A stretch of DNA of 36,534 nucleotides from a virus (Duplodnaviria; Caudoviricetes): positions 1 to 36,534 of the IMG/VR virus record IMGVR_UViG_3300032163_000058; one strand, 5' to 3'. Both the position numbers and the translations under genes were made by a program. Shown piece by piece: positions 1-8,845 of this stretch. The notes below the pieces were generated by a model that had not been told where the DNA came from, searched no databases, and saw only the letters and a list, made by a program, of their open reading frames with translations. The first letter of the stretch is position 1. Each line of letters opens with the position of its first letter.

Positions 1-1
1 C

Positions 2-418
2 AGATCGGCGCTCATCGAGACGGGCAGAGAATATGTTATAGAAAATGTTGGCGGAGCGCGACGAGAACTTGTCAATCCAACAATGCTCTGCGGGACGATG
101 TTCGGACTGGAAACAAAACACAATATCCAACTTTGGCGGCATCGTTATTTTGAGTTGTCGTTTGCGATGGTATTTACTCCTCCCTGCCGGCACAGTAAAG
201 GATCGGCTATCGGTGTCTACGGCGGCGGTCAAAATCCGGCCCGGAGGCGAAGAAACACAAAAGAAAAATATATCGATGTTGATTTTGGAATTATTGCGCG
301 GCGTCAAGCGATGGGAATTGACTGGATGACGGGTAAGGAACTGAATGAATCCATCCCGCCCGCTTACACCGAATACATAGGTCGTTTCCTGCTCGAAGCA
401 ATCAAGGAACGCGTATGA
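2..418 (+). CDS. Phage-type C5 cytosine DNA methyltransferase, 5'-truncated
   Basis: Frame is open from position 2 (RSALIETGREYVIENVGGA..), containing the ENV motif VI, then LCGTMFGL, RHRYFE and C-terminal AMGIDWM..ELNESIPPAYTEYIG typical of small phage C5 MTases. Confidence 0.85.
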   Translation, partial: RSALIETGREYVIENVGGARRELVNPTMLCGTMFGLETKHNIQLWRHRYFELSFAMVFTPPCRHSKGSAIGVYGGGQNPARRRRNTKEKYIDVDFGIIARRQAMGIDWMTGKELNESIPPAYTEYIGRFLLEAIKERV

Positions 419-490
419 ACCCTCAATCTCTGCCTACTGCCGGCGATGCCGGTTGGGCCGTGGTCAAATGAACCGCTGGAGAATTGAAAT

Positions 491-937
491 ATGTATACAA
501 TCCTGGAATTTCCCGGCGAGGGTTTGATGTTAACTAGCTCGGAATATGGCCGTCAGATTTGGGCGGTATCAAAATTGACACGCAAACATAATGGGGATAA
601 GTGTACTGTGTGCGGCCAGCCGGTTGGCGAATATGCCTATAGACCCATTACGAATCTGTCTAATAGAATGATGCGAATTTGCCTCAGACATTCTCTGATA
701 GAGGATCATATCAGTGAACATGAACCCTCAATCCTACGCTCCTCCTGCCGAGGCTGCAATCGTCAGCGTCACATCGCCATTGACCGCCTGGGCTGCCGCC
801 AGTGTGACCGAGCCGCCATAGGCGACATTCAGGATATTGCTTTTGAATATTTGTTTGCCATCGGCGGTCTGAACGATGAAGCGCTGCATTATTCAATTCT
901 CTCCACTGTAATTCTGAATTTCCCCGGCAATTCTTGA
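491..937 (+). CDS. Hypothetical Cys-rich protein, possibly a chimeric ORF
   Basis: 148-aa ORF with CxxC motifs; its 3' end overlaps the convergent ORF 889-1098. Confidence 0.45.
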   Translation: MYTILEFPGEGLMLTSSEYGRQIWAVSKLTRKHNGDKCTVCGQPVGEYAYRPITNLSNRMMRICLRHSLIEDHISEHEPSILRSSCRGCNRQRHIAIDRLGCRQCDRAAIGDIQDIAFEYLFAIGGLNDEALHYSILSTVILNFPGNS

Positions 938-1098
938 TTTGCGTGAAACATTTCATTTTTCATTTCTGTTCCGAAATACTTGAATATAAAATCCAAAAGA
1001 TTTTTTTCGTCCACGTACAATACAGGTTCGTGATGATCCAAATCCCATTGAGTTTTTGCCGTAATGACGCCGGTAATTTCCATGATATTTTCGTTCAT
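889..1098 (-). CDS. Hypothetical protein, last gene of late arm (AT-rich)
   Basis: MNENIMEIT..; ATGA overlap with the stop of the upstream gene; GGAGAGG SD. Confidence 0.65.
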   Translation of the reverse strand: MNENIMEITGVITAKTQWDLDHHEPVLYVDEKNLLDFIFKYFGTEMKNEMFHANQELPGKFRITVERIE

Positions 1099-1643
1099 TG
1101 TAACCTCTCCGCTCGAAGATACGAATTCGTCAGCACTTTTGTATCGCTTCCATTGGCGAAGTTCTGCGCCCATTGAAGCGTGACATTGCCCGCTGTCCCG
1201 CCGTTCACGACGCACACATGCAGGTGGGCTTGAATGATAGCCGCCGTTGCGCCGATAGCCGTTCCGCCGGTCGTAGTCGAGCCGACGACGCCAATCGCCG
1301 CCGCCGCCAGTATCTCAGCCTGATATTTTAGCGTCGCCCCGGCGGGCACTGTAATCGCGCCTTTCCAACCTGCCGCCACATTGCCGCTGATGTCCAAGTG
1401 GAAATCGGCCACATAGATTTCATTGGCAGCAATTGCAAATAGAAGCGCATCGTCATCGACTAATGCCGTCGAATTGTTCACCGCCTGCGTCTCGGCGGTC
1501 TTGCGGACGACGCGCGTGAGGCCTAGAAATCGTGATACTCCGGCCTCGTCCACGTAAGCAGGCCGATTGCCGGTATCGACGTAAATCTGGCCGTAGTTTG
1601 CGACCGCCGATGGCGCGGCTTGTTCTGCAATCACGAGCGGCAT
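1095..1643 (-). CDS. Putative tail fibre/receptor-binding protein
   Basis: End of tail module; beta-rich; C-terminal GTAGNVTLQWAQN..TKVLTNSYL resembles phage minor tail tip domains. Confidence 0.6.
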   Translation of the reverse strand: MPLVIAEQAAPSAVANYGQIYVDTGNRPAYVDEAGVSRFLGLTRVVRKTAETQAVNNSTALVDDDALLFAIAANEIYVADFHLDISGNVAAGWKGAITVPAGATLKYQAEILAAAAIGVVGSTTTGGTAIGATAAIIQAHLHVCVVNGGTAGNVTLQWAQNFANGSDTKVLTNSYLRAERLQ

Positions 1644-2521
1644 TAAAGTATCCTCATTTCGGCGTCGCCTTCCAGTCTCAACGCCGCCGTGCCTTGCAAC
1701 TGATAATAGCGATTGACCGTCAAACTGTATCCATCCGAGAGTGTCAGCGCCTTCCCGGTCGCCAATACCCGGTTGACCTGCCCGCCGATGATGCTTTCAA
1801 AGCCGTCACCCTTCGCGCGCGCGCTCTTGACCGGCGTTGTCGTTCCGGTCTGCGTGCCCCATAATTCCGCCGCTGCTCCGTGCGCAGCAGTCGTCCACGT
1901 TTCCAGCGCCGTCAAGTCCACTCGCGCCTTGCTCGTTCCGCTAAAGCCTGGCGCATCATCGTAGCCGGTGCCACTCAATCTGAGCATGATGTCGCCGGAT
2001 TGAATCTGCGTCGGGAGTGCTTTTGTGCCGCGCGCCCGTCTACCTAAAATAAATGGATTATTTGAGGCGTGATATACGGTCATCAGAATGGACGCCAGAC
2101 TATCCGGGTCAAGTTGAATTTGGCTGCCCGTCCATTTCAGGACATCACTCCCGGTCAGATTGCCGACCGAATCGCCGTAACCGATTTGCTGCGCTGCCCC
2201 GACGAAGGCGGCCATATAATTTGCGCCGCCATAGGTATCTATCTGGTCGATTGCAATGCCCATGACCTGCGAGAAATTGGACGAATAACCGGGCGTATCG
2301 CCAATCAGCAGCGGCGTATCTGCCGGGGCGTTGGCGGCGACGATGTTCTTTTTTACTCGCTCGACATTGCCCGCTGTATCCCGCACCCAGACCATCGACG
2401 GATCGCCGCTGACCGCAATCACGCCGCTGTTGTCACCCAACAGCATCACGCGATAGCGCGGCCTGGGCGCAAACTGGCTATTGTATTCATCTCGCATCCG
2501 GGCGAAAGTTTGCTTGTCCAT
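1643..2521 (-). CDS. Putative tail spike/fibre protein
   Basis: Translationally coupled to neighbours; Gly-rich beta motifs (RRARGTKALPTQIQSGD..) seen in fibre shafts. Confidence 0.6.
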   Translation of the reverse strand: MDKQTFARMRDEYNSQFAPRPRYRVMLLGDNSGVIAVSGDPSMVWVRDTAGNVERVKKNIVAANAPADTPLLIGDTPGYSSNFSQVMGIAIDQIDTYGGANYMAAFVGAAQQIGYGDSVGNLTGSDVLKWTGSQIQLDPDSLASILMTVYHASNNPFILGRRARGTKALPTQIQSGDIMLRLSGTGYDDAPGFSGTSKARVDLTALETWTTAAHGAAAELWGTQTGTTTPVKSARAKGDGFESIIGGQVNRVLATGKALTLSDGYSLTVNRYYQLQGTAALRLEGDAEMRIL

Positions 2522-4302
2522 TACACGACCGTGAACGTTATCGTCTGACCGAGTGTGACGTTCGACACGTCTTTTTCACAATCGAGCGTAGTATATGCCA
2601 TGCCATTTTCAAAATCAAATTCGATTTCACATCCGCGCACGACGAAATTGTAATTCATTCCGTCCACGTTGACTGCACACTGTGGCGTCGGATCGATACG
2701 AATAATTCCCACCAACGGGTAGCGCCGTCCACGCGCCGGGTTGTTCAGTTGAGCCTGACGATTTCCGGCCCAAGTGTTGAGTTGCGCCTGCGTGCCTAGT
2801 AATCCGGCGGCGATTTCTTCCAATTGCGCGCCATGCAAAATAGGATCATCCGGTGATCGGCTGCCGACCGGCGCATCATAATTGACGCCGTAAGCAGTGA
2901 ATTTTGCAGTCGGCCTCAGATATAGCGGCGCATCCACAAGCGACGAACCGTCGCGAGTTAAGGCAGAAACAGAATCGAAGAGGCTGACCATTTGCGGTAG
3001 AGCATTCACGTTCCCGACTACGATTGCATCCTGCTCGAAATAAATGCCACTTTGCGAATCTACGCTGCACGTCCCCCCGATGAGCCAATTATACAACTGC
3101 TGGAATTGCGCCCAGATAGACCCGCCCGAAGTATCGATGTATTTTTTAGTCGTTGTCGCCCCGGAATTCTGGCAAAAAGTCACGTCTACTACGTCGAGCA
3201 CGGTCGAACGCCAACGGCAGATATGCAGCGCCGCTAAATCCAAAGTCGGGTCTACCATTTCGAGCCAGGTCGTCGCGGCAGCCGCATCGTCGAGCGCCAA
3301 CGGAAAGTTGTATAGTTCTTTCAACAAACCATCGACGGTTTGAATCGTGTACACGTAGTGCAGTCCATCGTGGCGCAGTTCAGTCTCAGTTTCCATTACC
3401 CAACCTTCGAGCCACACGTTCTGCCGGTTCGGAAAATTGCCGCCGACGTCTTTTTGAGTCGAGCCATAATAGGTATGACCGAATAGCACCACGTGATTGC
3501 GAGCCGTGTAGTAATTCGAGCCGGTATTTTGCTGCTCGAAAATGGCATCAGTGCTGGCAATTTTCAATTCCCATCCGTCGCCCCAATTGCCTGACAACGA
3601 TATGATTTCAAAATCAGTCTTGGGCTTGTGAGTGCTGTCGAATTTGAAAAGCAATCTATAGCCTGTATGAGTCAAACCCGTTACTGATTCGGTGACTCTC
3701 AGCGAGACGTAACTGCCATCCGGGTAGGCCGTGCTGGTCGCCCAAGTCGGTTGGCTGGCGGCAGAAGTTGTTCCATCCGGAAACGTCCACAAATAAGCTG
3801 AGATTATTCTGCCCGGTGTCCAGGCCTTCGAGCGCGTGCCGTCGAAATTGAACGTAACCGAGCCGTCTTTGTAGCGCACCGCCGCGCAGCCCAGAACCGC
3901 TTGGGGCCCAAAGTTCGAGTTTTGCGCGACATAGGCCTCATCGAAATTAGCGTACCAGGTCGCGGCGCTGTAGCGATGTCTGCGCGGCCAGGGCAGGAAT
4001 TCATTGAGAACTGCAATCGGCGTGCCGATGCTATTCTGGACCGTGCCTGCGCCCAGCCCGTCGATGTAGAGCGTCGTTCCAACCGGCGCGAGACGGGCAT
4101 AGGTATAGTAAACATTGTTGATGAGCACCGTCTGCCCGGCTTTTACGTTCGCCAGATTTCCAGTAGAGGTGGCGACTGTCAATTGACCGACGCCCGTCCC
4201 ATCTGCCGGAAACGAAGGCAGCGCATTGATTGTGCCCGTCCACACGGTTGCCGGAACGTGAATAGCCAGCCCCATCCCAACTAGCGCATGTGGTTGTGTC
4301 AT
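2521..4302 (-). CDS. Minor tail protein (putative baseplate hub) with a PKD/Ig-like insert
   Basis: About 593 aa from ATG 4302 (ATGA overlap); PKD-like segment VTFNFDGTRS..ISAYLWTFPDG..YVSLRVT; position downstream of tape measure. Confidence 0.7.
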   Translation of the reverse strand: MTQPHALVGMGLAIHVPATVWTGTINALPSFPADGTGVGQLTVATSTGNLANVKAGQTVLINNVYYTYARLAPVGTTLYIDGLGAGTVQNSIGTPIAVLNEFLPWPRRHRYSAATWYANFDEAYVAQNSNFGPQAVLGCAAVRYKDGSVTFNFDGTRSKAWTPGRIISAYLWTFPDGTTSAASQPTWATSTAYPDGSYVSLRVTESVTGLTHTGYRLLFKFDSTHKPKTDFEIISLSGNWGDGWELKIASTDAIFEQQNTGSNYYTARNHVVLFGHTYYGSTQKDVGGNFPNRQNVWLEGWVMETETELRHDGLHYVYTIQTVDGLLKELYNFPLALDDAAAATTWLEMVDPTLDLAALHICRWRSTVLDVVDVTFCQNSGATTTKKYIDTSGGSIWAQFQQLYNWLIGGTCSVDSQSGIYFEQDAIVVGNVNALPQMVSLFDSVSALTRDGSSLVDAPLYLRPTAKFTAYGVNYDAPVGSRSPDDPILHGAQLEEIAAGLLGTQAQLNTWAGNRQAQLNNPARGRRYPLVGIIRIDPTPQCAVNVDGMNYNFVVRGCEIEFDFENGMAYTTLDCEKDVSNVTLGQTITFTVV

Positions 4303-4655
4303 ATCGCCCCAAACGCGGTAAACGTCACGGTCGAAATATGCCGCACCCGGAACTCGCTGCCGTAGAAATACAGGCCATTGGAAATATCTCCGGCCATATG
4401 CTCGATGATGCAATTCGTGTACGTTGCGGTCGAGGTGACCAGCGGCGAAAACACTGTAATCGAATGCAGAAGTTCATCACAGGCCGCAATCCAGGCCGCG
4501 AACTGGGCAAGTTTGAGCGTGTTGAAACCGGCAATAGCCGAGCGATAGGCCGAGACGATCATCATTCCATTTGAATCTTTGAAGGGCGAGAATCGTTCCT
4601 CCCAGGAAAATGAAATAGGCTCGGCCACGTTCCCGCCGTCGATCTGAAATGTCAT
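4299..4655 (-). CDS. Putative distal tail (Dit/gpM-like) protein, paralog B
   Basis: Synteny; similarity to 4652-5053 (SAYRSAIAGFNTL..FAAWIAACD). Confidence 0.55.
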   Translation of the reverse strand: MTFQIDGGNVAEPISFSWEERFSPFKDSNGMMIVSAYRSAIAGFNTLKLAQFAAWIAACDELLHSITVFSPLVTSTATYTNCIIEHMAGDISNGLYFYGSEFRVRHISTVTFTAFGAI

Positions 4656-5053
4656 CCCGTGCCTCCACTGACGTTCAGCGCTCGCGCCATGTATACGAGT
4701 ATCTGTGTATCGTAGACGTAAATGCCTGACGAATGGCGGCTGCCCATGAAGTGAAAATAATATACGGTATCAAAATCGTAGAACGTAGATACCCAAAATT
4801 CAGGGTTGATCGCATAAGCCGCATCCACTCGCTCGGGCATGTAGATGATATAGAAATTTCCATTGTCGCATCGGCTGGCCCATTCATTGAATTCCACCGA
4901 GGTCAGCGCCGGAAATAAGAGCAGCGCATTCCGGTAACGGCTGAGAGTTTTTGTTCCCAGATGCGAGCCATTCAATGGCTCGATTGGCTTCCATTGAATC
5001 GCGCGCGGATCAGCTTGAACATTGATTGCATTGATTTTTAGCGTGTTGCTCAT
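4652..5053 (-). CDS. Putative distal tail (Dit/gpM-like) protein, paralog A
   Basis: Directly after tape measure; SRYRNALLLFPAL..FNEWASRCD. Confidence 0.55.
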   Translation of the reverse strand: MSNTLKINAINVQADPRAIQWKPIEPLNGSHLGTKTLSRYRNALLLFPALTSVEFNEWASRCDNGNFYIIYMPERVDAAYAINPEFWVSTFYDFDTVYYFHFMGSRHSSGIYVYDTQILVYMARALNVSGGTG

Positions 5054-5943
5054 CGTTTCAGATTGCCACCCTTCACGGTCGGCTTGAAGATATCCTCGGC
5101 AATCGTCTTGCGCGTTTGAGTGCGGATGATTTCGTTGTCCACGATCACGTTGACAATCGTGGTCGCGCCTTTATTCATGCTGCCGCTCACGCCTGATACA
5201 TTCGCGCGCGCGCCGGACAATCCGGTACGCATCGCGCCGCCGCCTGTGCCGCGCATAATGGCTGCGATGGCTCGCGCATCTCCGGCGCGAATAGCATCAT
5301 TGATTTCATTGTAACTATCTCGAAGTTTCTTGTTGGCTTCCCACAAATCGGTGACGCTGTTTTTGAGTTTCACATTTCGCTCGATAGCAATTGTTTTCAA
5401 TGCAGCATGAGATTTGCCCTCGGCCAGCATTTTTATTTCTTGTTCAAGTTCTTTTTTGCGCGTCTCCAATAATTGGCGCTCGGCATCGGTCAATTCATCA
5501 ACTGCTTGAATATTCTGAGCAGAGAATTTTCCCGCGCCTGCCGCAGTATTCAATTTGCTTCCTTGTTCAAGTGTCCTGTTGATTTCATCCAATTGACCTT
5601 TGAGCGCCAGAAGATTTGTCAGATTACCCAAATTTTCCGCTCCCTGCGCCGCATCCTTCATCCAATCCAAAATAGATTGCCCGCCAACATTCACAATATT
5701 CAAAAGAGTGAAGCCCAGATTATCGAATGCCTTGCTCATCTTATCAATGGATTCCACGACATCCGTTCGCCCAATTTTCTCGGCATATTGTCGCGTAGCA
5801 TCAAAGACACGATTGAGCAAGGCGAATTCTGCGCCTACTAATGCAGCGGCTTTCGCCATAGCGCGCATACTGATTCCGGTTTTTTGAAATTCCTTCGAGT
5901 ATTTATCGACTGCCTTGATAATGATTTCAACCGTGCTTGCCAC
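5050..5943 (-). CDS. Tape measure protein (unusually short, 297 aa)
   Basis: N-terminal VEIIIKAVDKYS, helical/coiled-coil body, C-terminal TTIVNVIVDNEII; follows frameshifted chaperone. Confidence 0.75.
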   Translation of the reverse strand: MASTVEIIIKAVDKYSKEFQKTGISMRAMAKAAALVGAEFALLNRVFDATRQYAEKIGRTDVVESIDKMSKAFDNLGFTLLNIVNVGGQSILDWMKDAAQGAENLGNLTNLLALKGQLDEINRTLEQGSKLNTAAGAGKFSAQNIQAVDELTDAERQLLETRKKELEQEIKMLAEGKSHAALKTIAIERNVKLKNSVTDLWEANKKLRDSYNEINDAIRAGDARAIAAIMRGTGGGAMRTGLSGARANVSGVSGSMNKGATTIVNVIVDNEIIRTQTRKTIAEDIFKPTVKGGNLKR

Positions 5944-5944
5944 G

Positions 5945-6256
5945 TTATTTTTGTTCCTTTGCCAGTTCGCGCCGCATCATTTCTACGTCAACCATAATCG
6001 CAAACGCATTGAAATTTTGTTCGGAGAGTTCAACGCTCGTTCTTCCAATAGAATCCTGATGTGCTTCATACACATTTAGCAGCACAGTCATCCGGTAATG
6101 CTCGCCCGCATCCTGATCAGCCAGCGCGCCCGGCCTGTAGAGCGCATGCCAGCGCTGGCAATCTAGCGCCCGGAGTAAGTCCTGCGGGGCGGCGATTGGA
6201 TTTTTCTTTTCGTCCACAATGCCCAGAGCATAGTCAGCCGCTGCCACAATGTCACT
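5945..6256 (-). CDS. Tail assembly chaperone, -1 frame extension (gpGT-like)
   Basis: Open in the -1 frame immediately after slippery C CCA AAA at 6262-6256. Confidence 0.7.
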   Translation of the reverse strand, partial: SDIVAAADYALGIVDEKKNPIAAPQDLLRALDCQRWHALYRPGALADQDAGEHYRMTVLLNVYEAHQDSIGRTSVELSEQNFNAFAIMVDVEMMRRELAKEQK

Positions 6257-6567
6257 TTTGGGAGATGCCTATTCTCCGCAATCCAATCGGCCATGAGTTC
6301 ACCAGCCCATAAAATGATTGAGGCCTCTTCGTTGTCCAAATCATCGCTATCCGGGTTGGGCAGGATCATGCTCTGCCAATTGCGGAACAATCCAGCTTTG
6401 ACTGCCGACTGAAACACGATGGCTATTTGGCGTGTCCCGGTTAATTCGCCCAGCGCCTCTGTTGCCTTTAGGCAAACGCGCAATTCACGCTCATAAATAT
6501 CATAGAGCGCGAGAGTCAGCCGCTCAGGAAATGTGAATGACGTTTGCAATTCCTTATTCGCGGGCAT
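6163..6567 (-). CDS. Tail assembly chaperone (gpG-like)
   Basis: Between tail tube and tape measure; contains in-frame X XXY YYZ heptamer. Confidence 0.75.
   Translation of the reverse strand: MPANKELQTSFTFPERLTLALYDIYERELRVCLKATEALGELTGTRQIAIVFQSAVKAGLFRNWQSMILPNPDSDDLDNEEASIILWAGELMADWIAENRHLPKVTLWQRLTMLWALWTKRKIQSPPRRTYSGR
6256..6262 (-). other. Programmed -1 ribosomal frameshift site C CCA AAA
   Basis: Correctly phased (CTC CCA AAA = L-P-K); a -1 shift enters the 5945-6247 frame (..PK-SDIVAAADY..). Confidence 0.75.
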
Positions 6568-6581
6568 ATTTATTCCTGTTA

Positions 6582-6983
6582 TCAGGCTTGATTGGATGGC
6601 ACCAGTCCGCCGCTGACATCCAGCGTGACAGTGATGGGCATGACGCCGTTGTAAGCCGCGCCTTGTCCGCGTCCAGTCACAATAGCCGTAGCTCCGGTAT
6701 CAACCGGCTTTGGAGCGCCGATGCCCTGTTTGTAAATCAGAAGGATTCCGGTCGTGCCCGGCACGAAGAAATCCCATACCACCGCATCATCTTCGTCATC
6801 CCACATTTCCAAAGTGACGGTCGTTTTATTTGTCGTTCCGAAATGAACGGCATTTGCATCGCCGATTCCCGTCCCTTCTGTTGTCCCGCCTGTTTCGTCG
6901 GTATCGACTGATTTAAGATAACCCGCCGGAACAGGATTGTTATCGAACGTCACCGCCAGCAATGCGCCTGTATATTTGGTCAT
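6582..6983 (-). CDS. Tail tube (major tail) protein, paralog B
   Basis: MTKYTGA..YLKSVD..VTLEMWDD..TGATAIVTGRGQG..MPITVTLDVSGGL; siphoviral tube pattern and position. Confidence 0.75.
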   Translation of the reverse strand: MTKYTGALLAVTFDNNPVPAGYLKSVDTDETGGTTEGTGIGDANAVHFGTTNKTTVTLEMWDDEDDAVVWDFFVPGTTGILLIYKQGIGAPKPVDTGATAIVTGRGQGAAYNGVMPITVTLDVSGGLVPSNQA

Positions 6984-6994
6984 GATGTTTCGCC

Positions 6995-7369
6995 TTAACT
7001 CAGCCCGCCCGATATTTTGAAATTCACCGTAATCGGAACGGCCTGGTTATATTCAATGCCGCGCTTTCGTCCGGTCACGATAGCCGTGCCTGTGCGAGTT
7101 TTTGAGCCATCAGTCGAAATGACCAGCGTGCTCGAGGTCAGTGGGGCTACTTTGCCCCATACGGTAGCGGTCAGAGTGTCATCCCAAAACTCTACTGTCA
7201 CATCCGTATCCGTCACGCCGCCTGCTAACTGCGTTTCCTGCGTATCACTCGCGCCAGTCGAATCGCTGGTTGGATGTGCTTCTTGAATGTCAATGGACTT
7301 CACATAATTATCGGCCCAACCCGACCCATTGTAACTGACGGTCATCCCCGCGCCGGTATATTTAGCCAT
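6995..7369 (-). CDS. Tail tube (major tail) protein, paralog A
   Basis: MAKYTGA..YVKSID..VTVEFWDD..TGTAIVTGRKRG..VPITVNFKISGGL. Confidence 0.75.
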   Translation of the reverse strand: MAKYTGAGMTVSYNGSGWADNYVKSIDIQEAHPTSDSTGASDTQETQLAGGVTDTDVTVEFWDDTLTATVWGKVAPLTSSTLVISTDGSKTRTGTAIVTGRKRGIEYNQAVPITVNFKISGGLS

Positions 7370-7377
7370 TTTCTATC

Positions 7378-7848
7378 TCACATATTCCTGTAATCAGTCA
7401 CGGCGAATTCGATTTCCGCGCCGTGGAATTGTTTGTCATCCGGGCCGCGCACAATCGTCGGCTCTGAAATAGACGATGGCGCAATCTCGCTCACGCCCAG
7501 CGCGGTGCAGGCCGCTGCCACTGCTTCGGCAATCGCCAGCGCATTGGCTGCAATTTTGGCGCTGTGCTCGCCGTTGTATCGACCCCGGCCCACTTCGGCA
7601 TGAGCATAAAAATAGCGCGCCGTCCAACTTATCTGCCAGAATGGATCGGTTCCGACGCTCAACCGCTCGTAATTCCAACCCGTCGCAAAATCATACTGCG
7701 GATAAAGCGCCGGGCAATCGCGGTTTAGAATGATTTTGAGATCATCCAAATCCTTGATGGTTAGCGTTCCGGTCGCGCCGCCCGGTTTCGTCACCGTGAT
7801 AGTCAGGCCGGTGATATTATTTGCCAGAACGTTGGCCGCAATCGTCAC
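7378..7848 (-). CDS. Putative tail terminator/completion protein
   Basis: Size, position before tail tube, CPALYP and C-terminal FHGAEIEFAV pattern. Confidence 0.6.
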   Translation of the reverse strand: MTIAANVLANNITGLTITVTKPGGATGTLTIKDLDDLKIILNRDCPALYPQYDFATGWNYERLSVGTDPFWQISWTARYFYAHAEVGRGRYNGEHSAKIAANALAIAEAVAAACTALGVSEIAPSSISEPTIVRGPDDKQFHGAEIEFAVTDYRNM

Positions 7849-7849
7849 G

Positions 7850-8836
7850 TCAATTTCCCTTCTGCAAAATCATCAGTTTGTCTTTGACAGTCTGCGGCAG
7901 GCCTTCCGGCGTGATGACTACGCCCGCCGCTGTGACAATCGCCGTGCCGGTCGTATTCACGCCGCTGAGTTTTTTGTATTCGGCCATCACAATATCAATC
8001 GCCATGGCCTCGGTCAGCCGGATAAAGCGCGCGCTGCGAGTATCGGTATCATCCCGGTCAACGTAGCCCCACGTGCCTGCCAACGATATGACCTGTTCGC
8101 TGTTGCCGTCGTCATCCAACTGCCAGACAACAGACGACGTTTCTTTCAGCCGGATAGCGAAGTAAGGCGGCTTGTTACGATTGATGAGGATGTAATCAGC
8201 GGCTATAATTTCAACGCCATCACCATTTGTCAGCGTCGTCACCGCCAGCAAATCATCGTCCAAATCCAACTGCCTATCGTTCGGCATATCGAAGTAATGC
8301 GTTTCCGTCCGGGCATAGAAGGTTCGCCCACCACAGAAGGCGTCAATGGCGCGGCTGGCTTGCTCAATCATCTCGTCAATAACAGAATCATCTATCGTAT
8401 CTGTAGACGTGCCCAATGAATTGAGCCGGTTTTTGATTTGTTCCAACGAGCAATAGGCATTCCACGTCCCAATAACGAAGACGACGACCGAACCGGTATT
8501 CGTCGCGCCCGCGCCCGTCACCGCTAACGTCAGCGCTGAAGCCGTGACGGTGGTCAGCCCGTCGGTATCGTCCTTGTAGACGGTCGAGGCATTGGTGAGG
8601 TTCGCGCCCGTCCCGCCCAGTACGTCCACCAGTCCGCTGTCTTTCAGCGTCACGTCATAATTATTATCCGGCTGGTCTCCACCTGTGCCCGGAATGAAAG
8701 CGGCATAGATGACATCGCCGGTGTAGAGCGCGGTCGTCGCGCCGTCCGCCGCCCCGCCTGCGCTGGATGTCCAGGCAAACGTGATGCGCTTGATGCTGCC
8801 CGTTACGATTTCAGTGATCGTGACTATGCCAGGCAT
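7850..8836 (-). CDS. Head-tail adaptor (HK97 gp6-like) with an extra N-terminal beta domain
   Basis: AYCSLEQIKNRL..DDSVIDEMIEQASRAIDAFCGGRTF from about aa 127; Thr/Gly-rich N-terminal extension. Confidence 0.75.
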   Translation of the reverse strand: MPGIVTITEIVTGSIKRITFAWTSSAGGAADGATTALYTGDVIYAAFIPGTGGDQPDNNYDVTLKDSGLVDVLGGTGANLTNASTVYKDDTDGLTTVTASALTLAVTGAGATNTGSVVVFVIGTWNAYCSLEQIKNRLNSLGTSTDTIDDSVIDEMIEQASRAIDAFCGGRTFYARTETHYFDMPNDRQLDLDDDLLAVTTLTNGDGVEIIAADYILINRNKPPYFAIRLKETSSVVWQLDDDGNSEQVISLAGTWGYVDRDDTDTRSARFIRLTEAMAIDIVMAEYKKLSGVNTTGTAIVTAAGVVITPEGLPQTVKDKLMILQKGN

Positions 8837-8845
8837 GTTCGTTTT

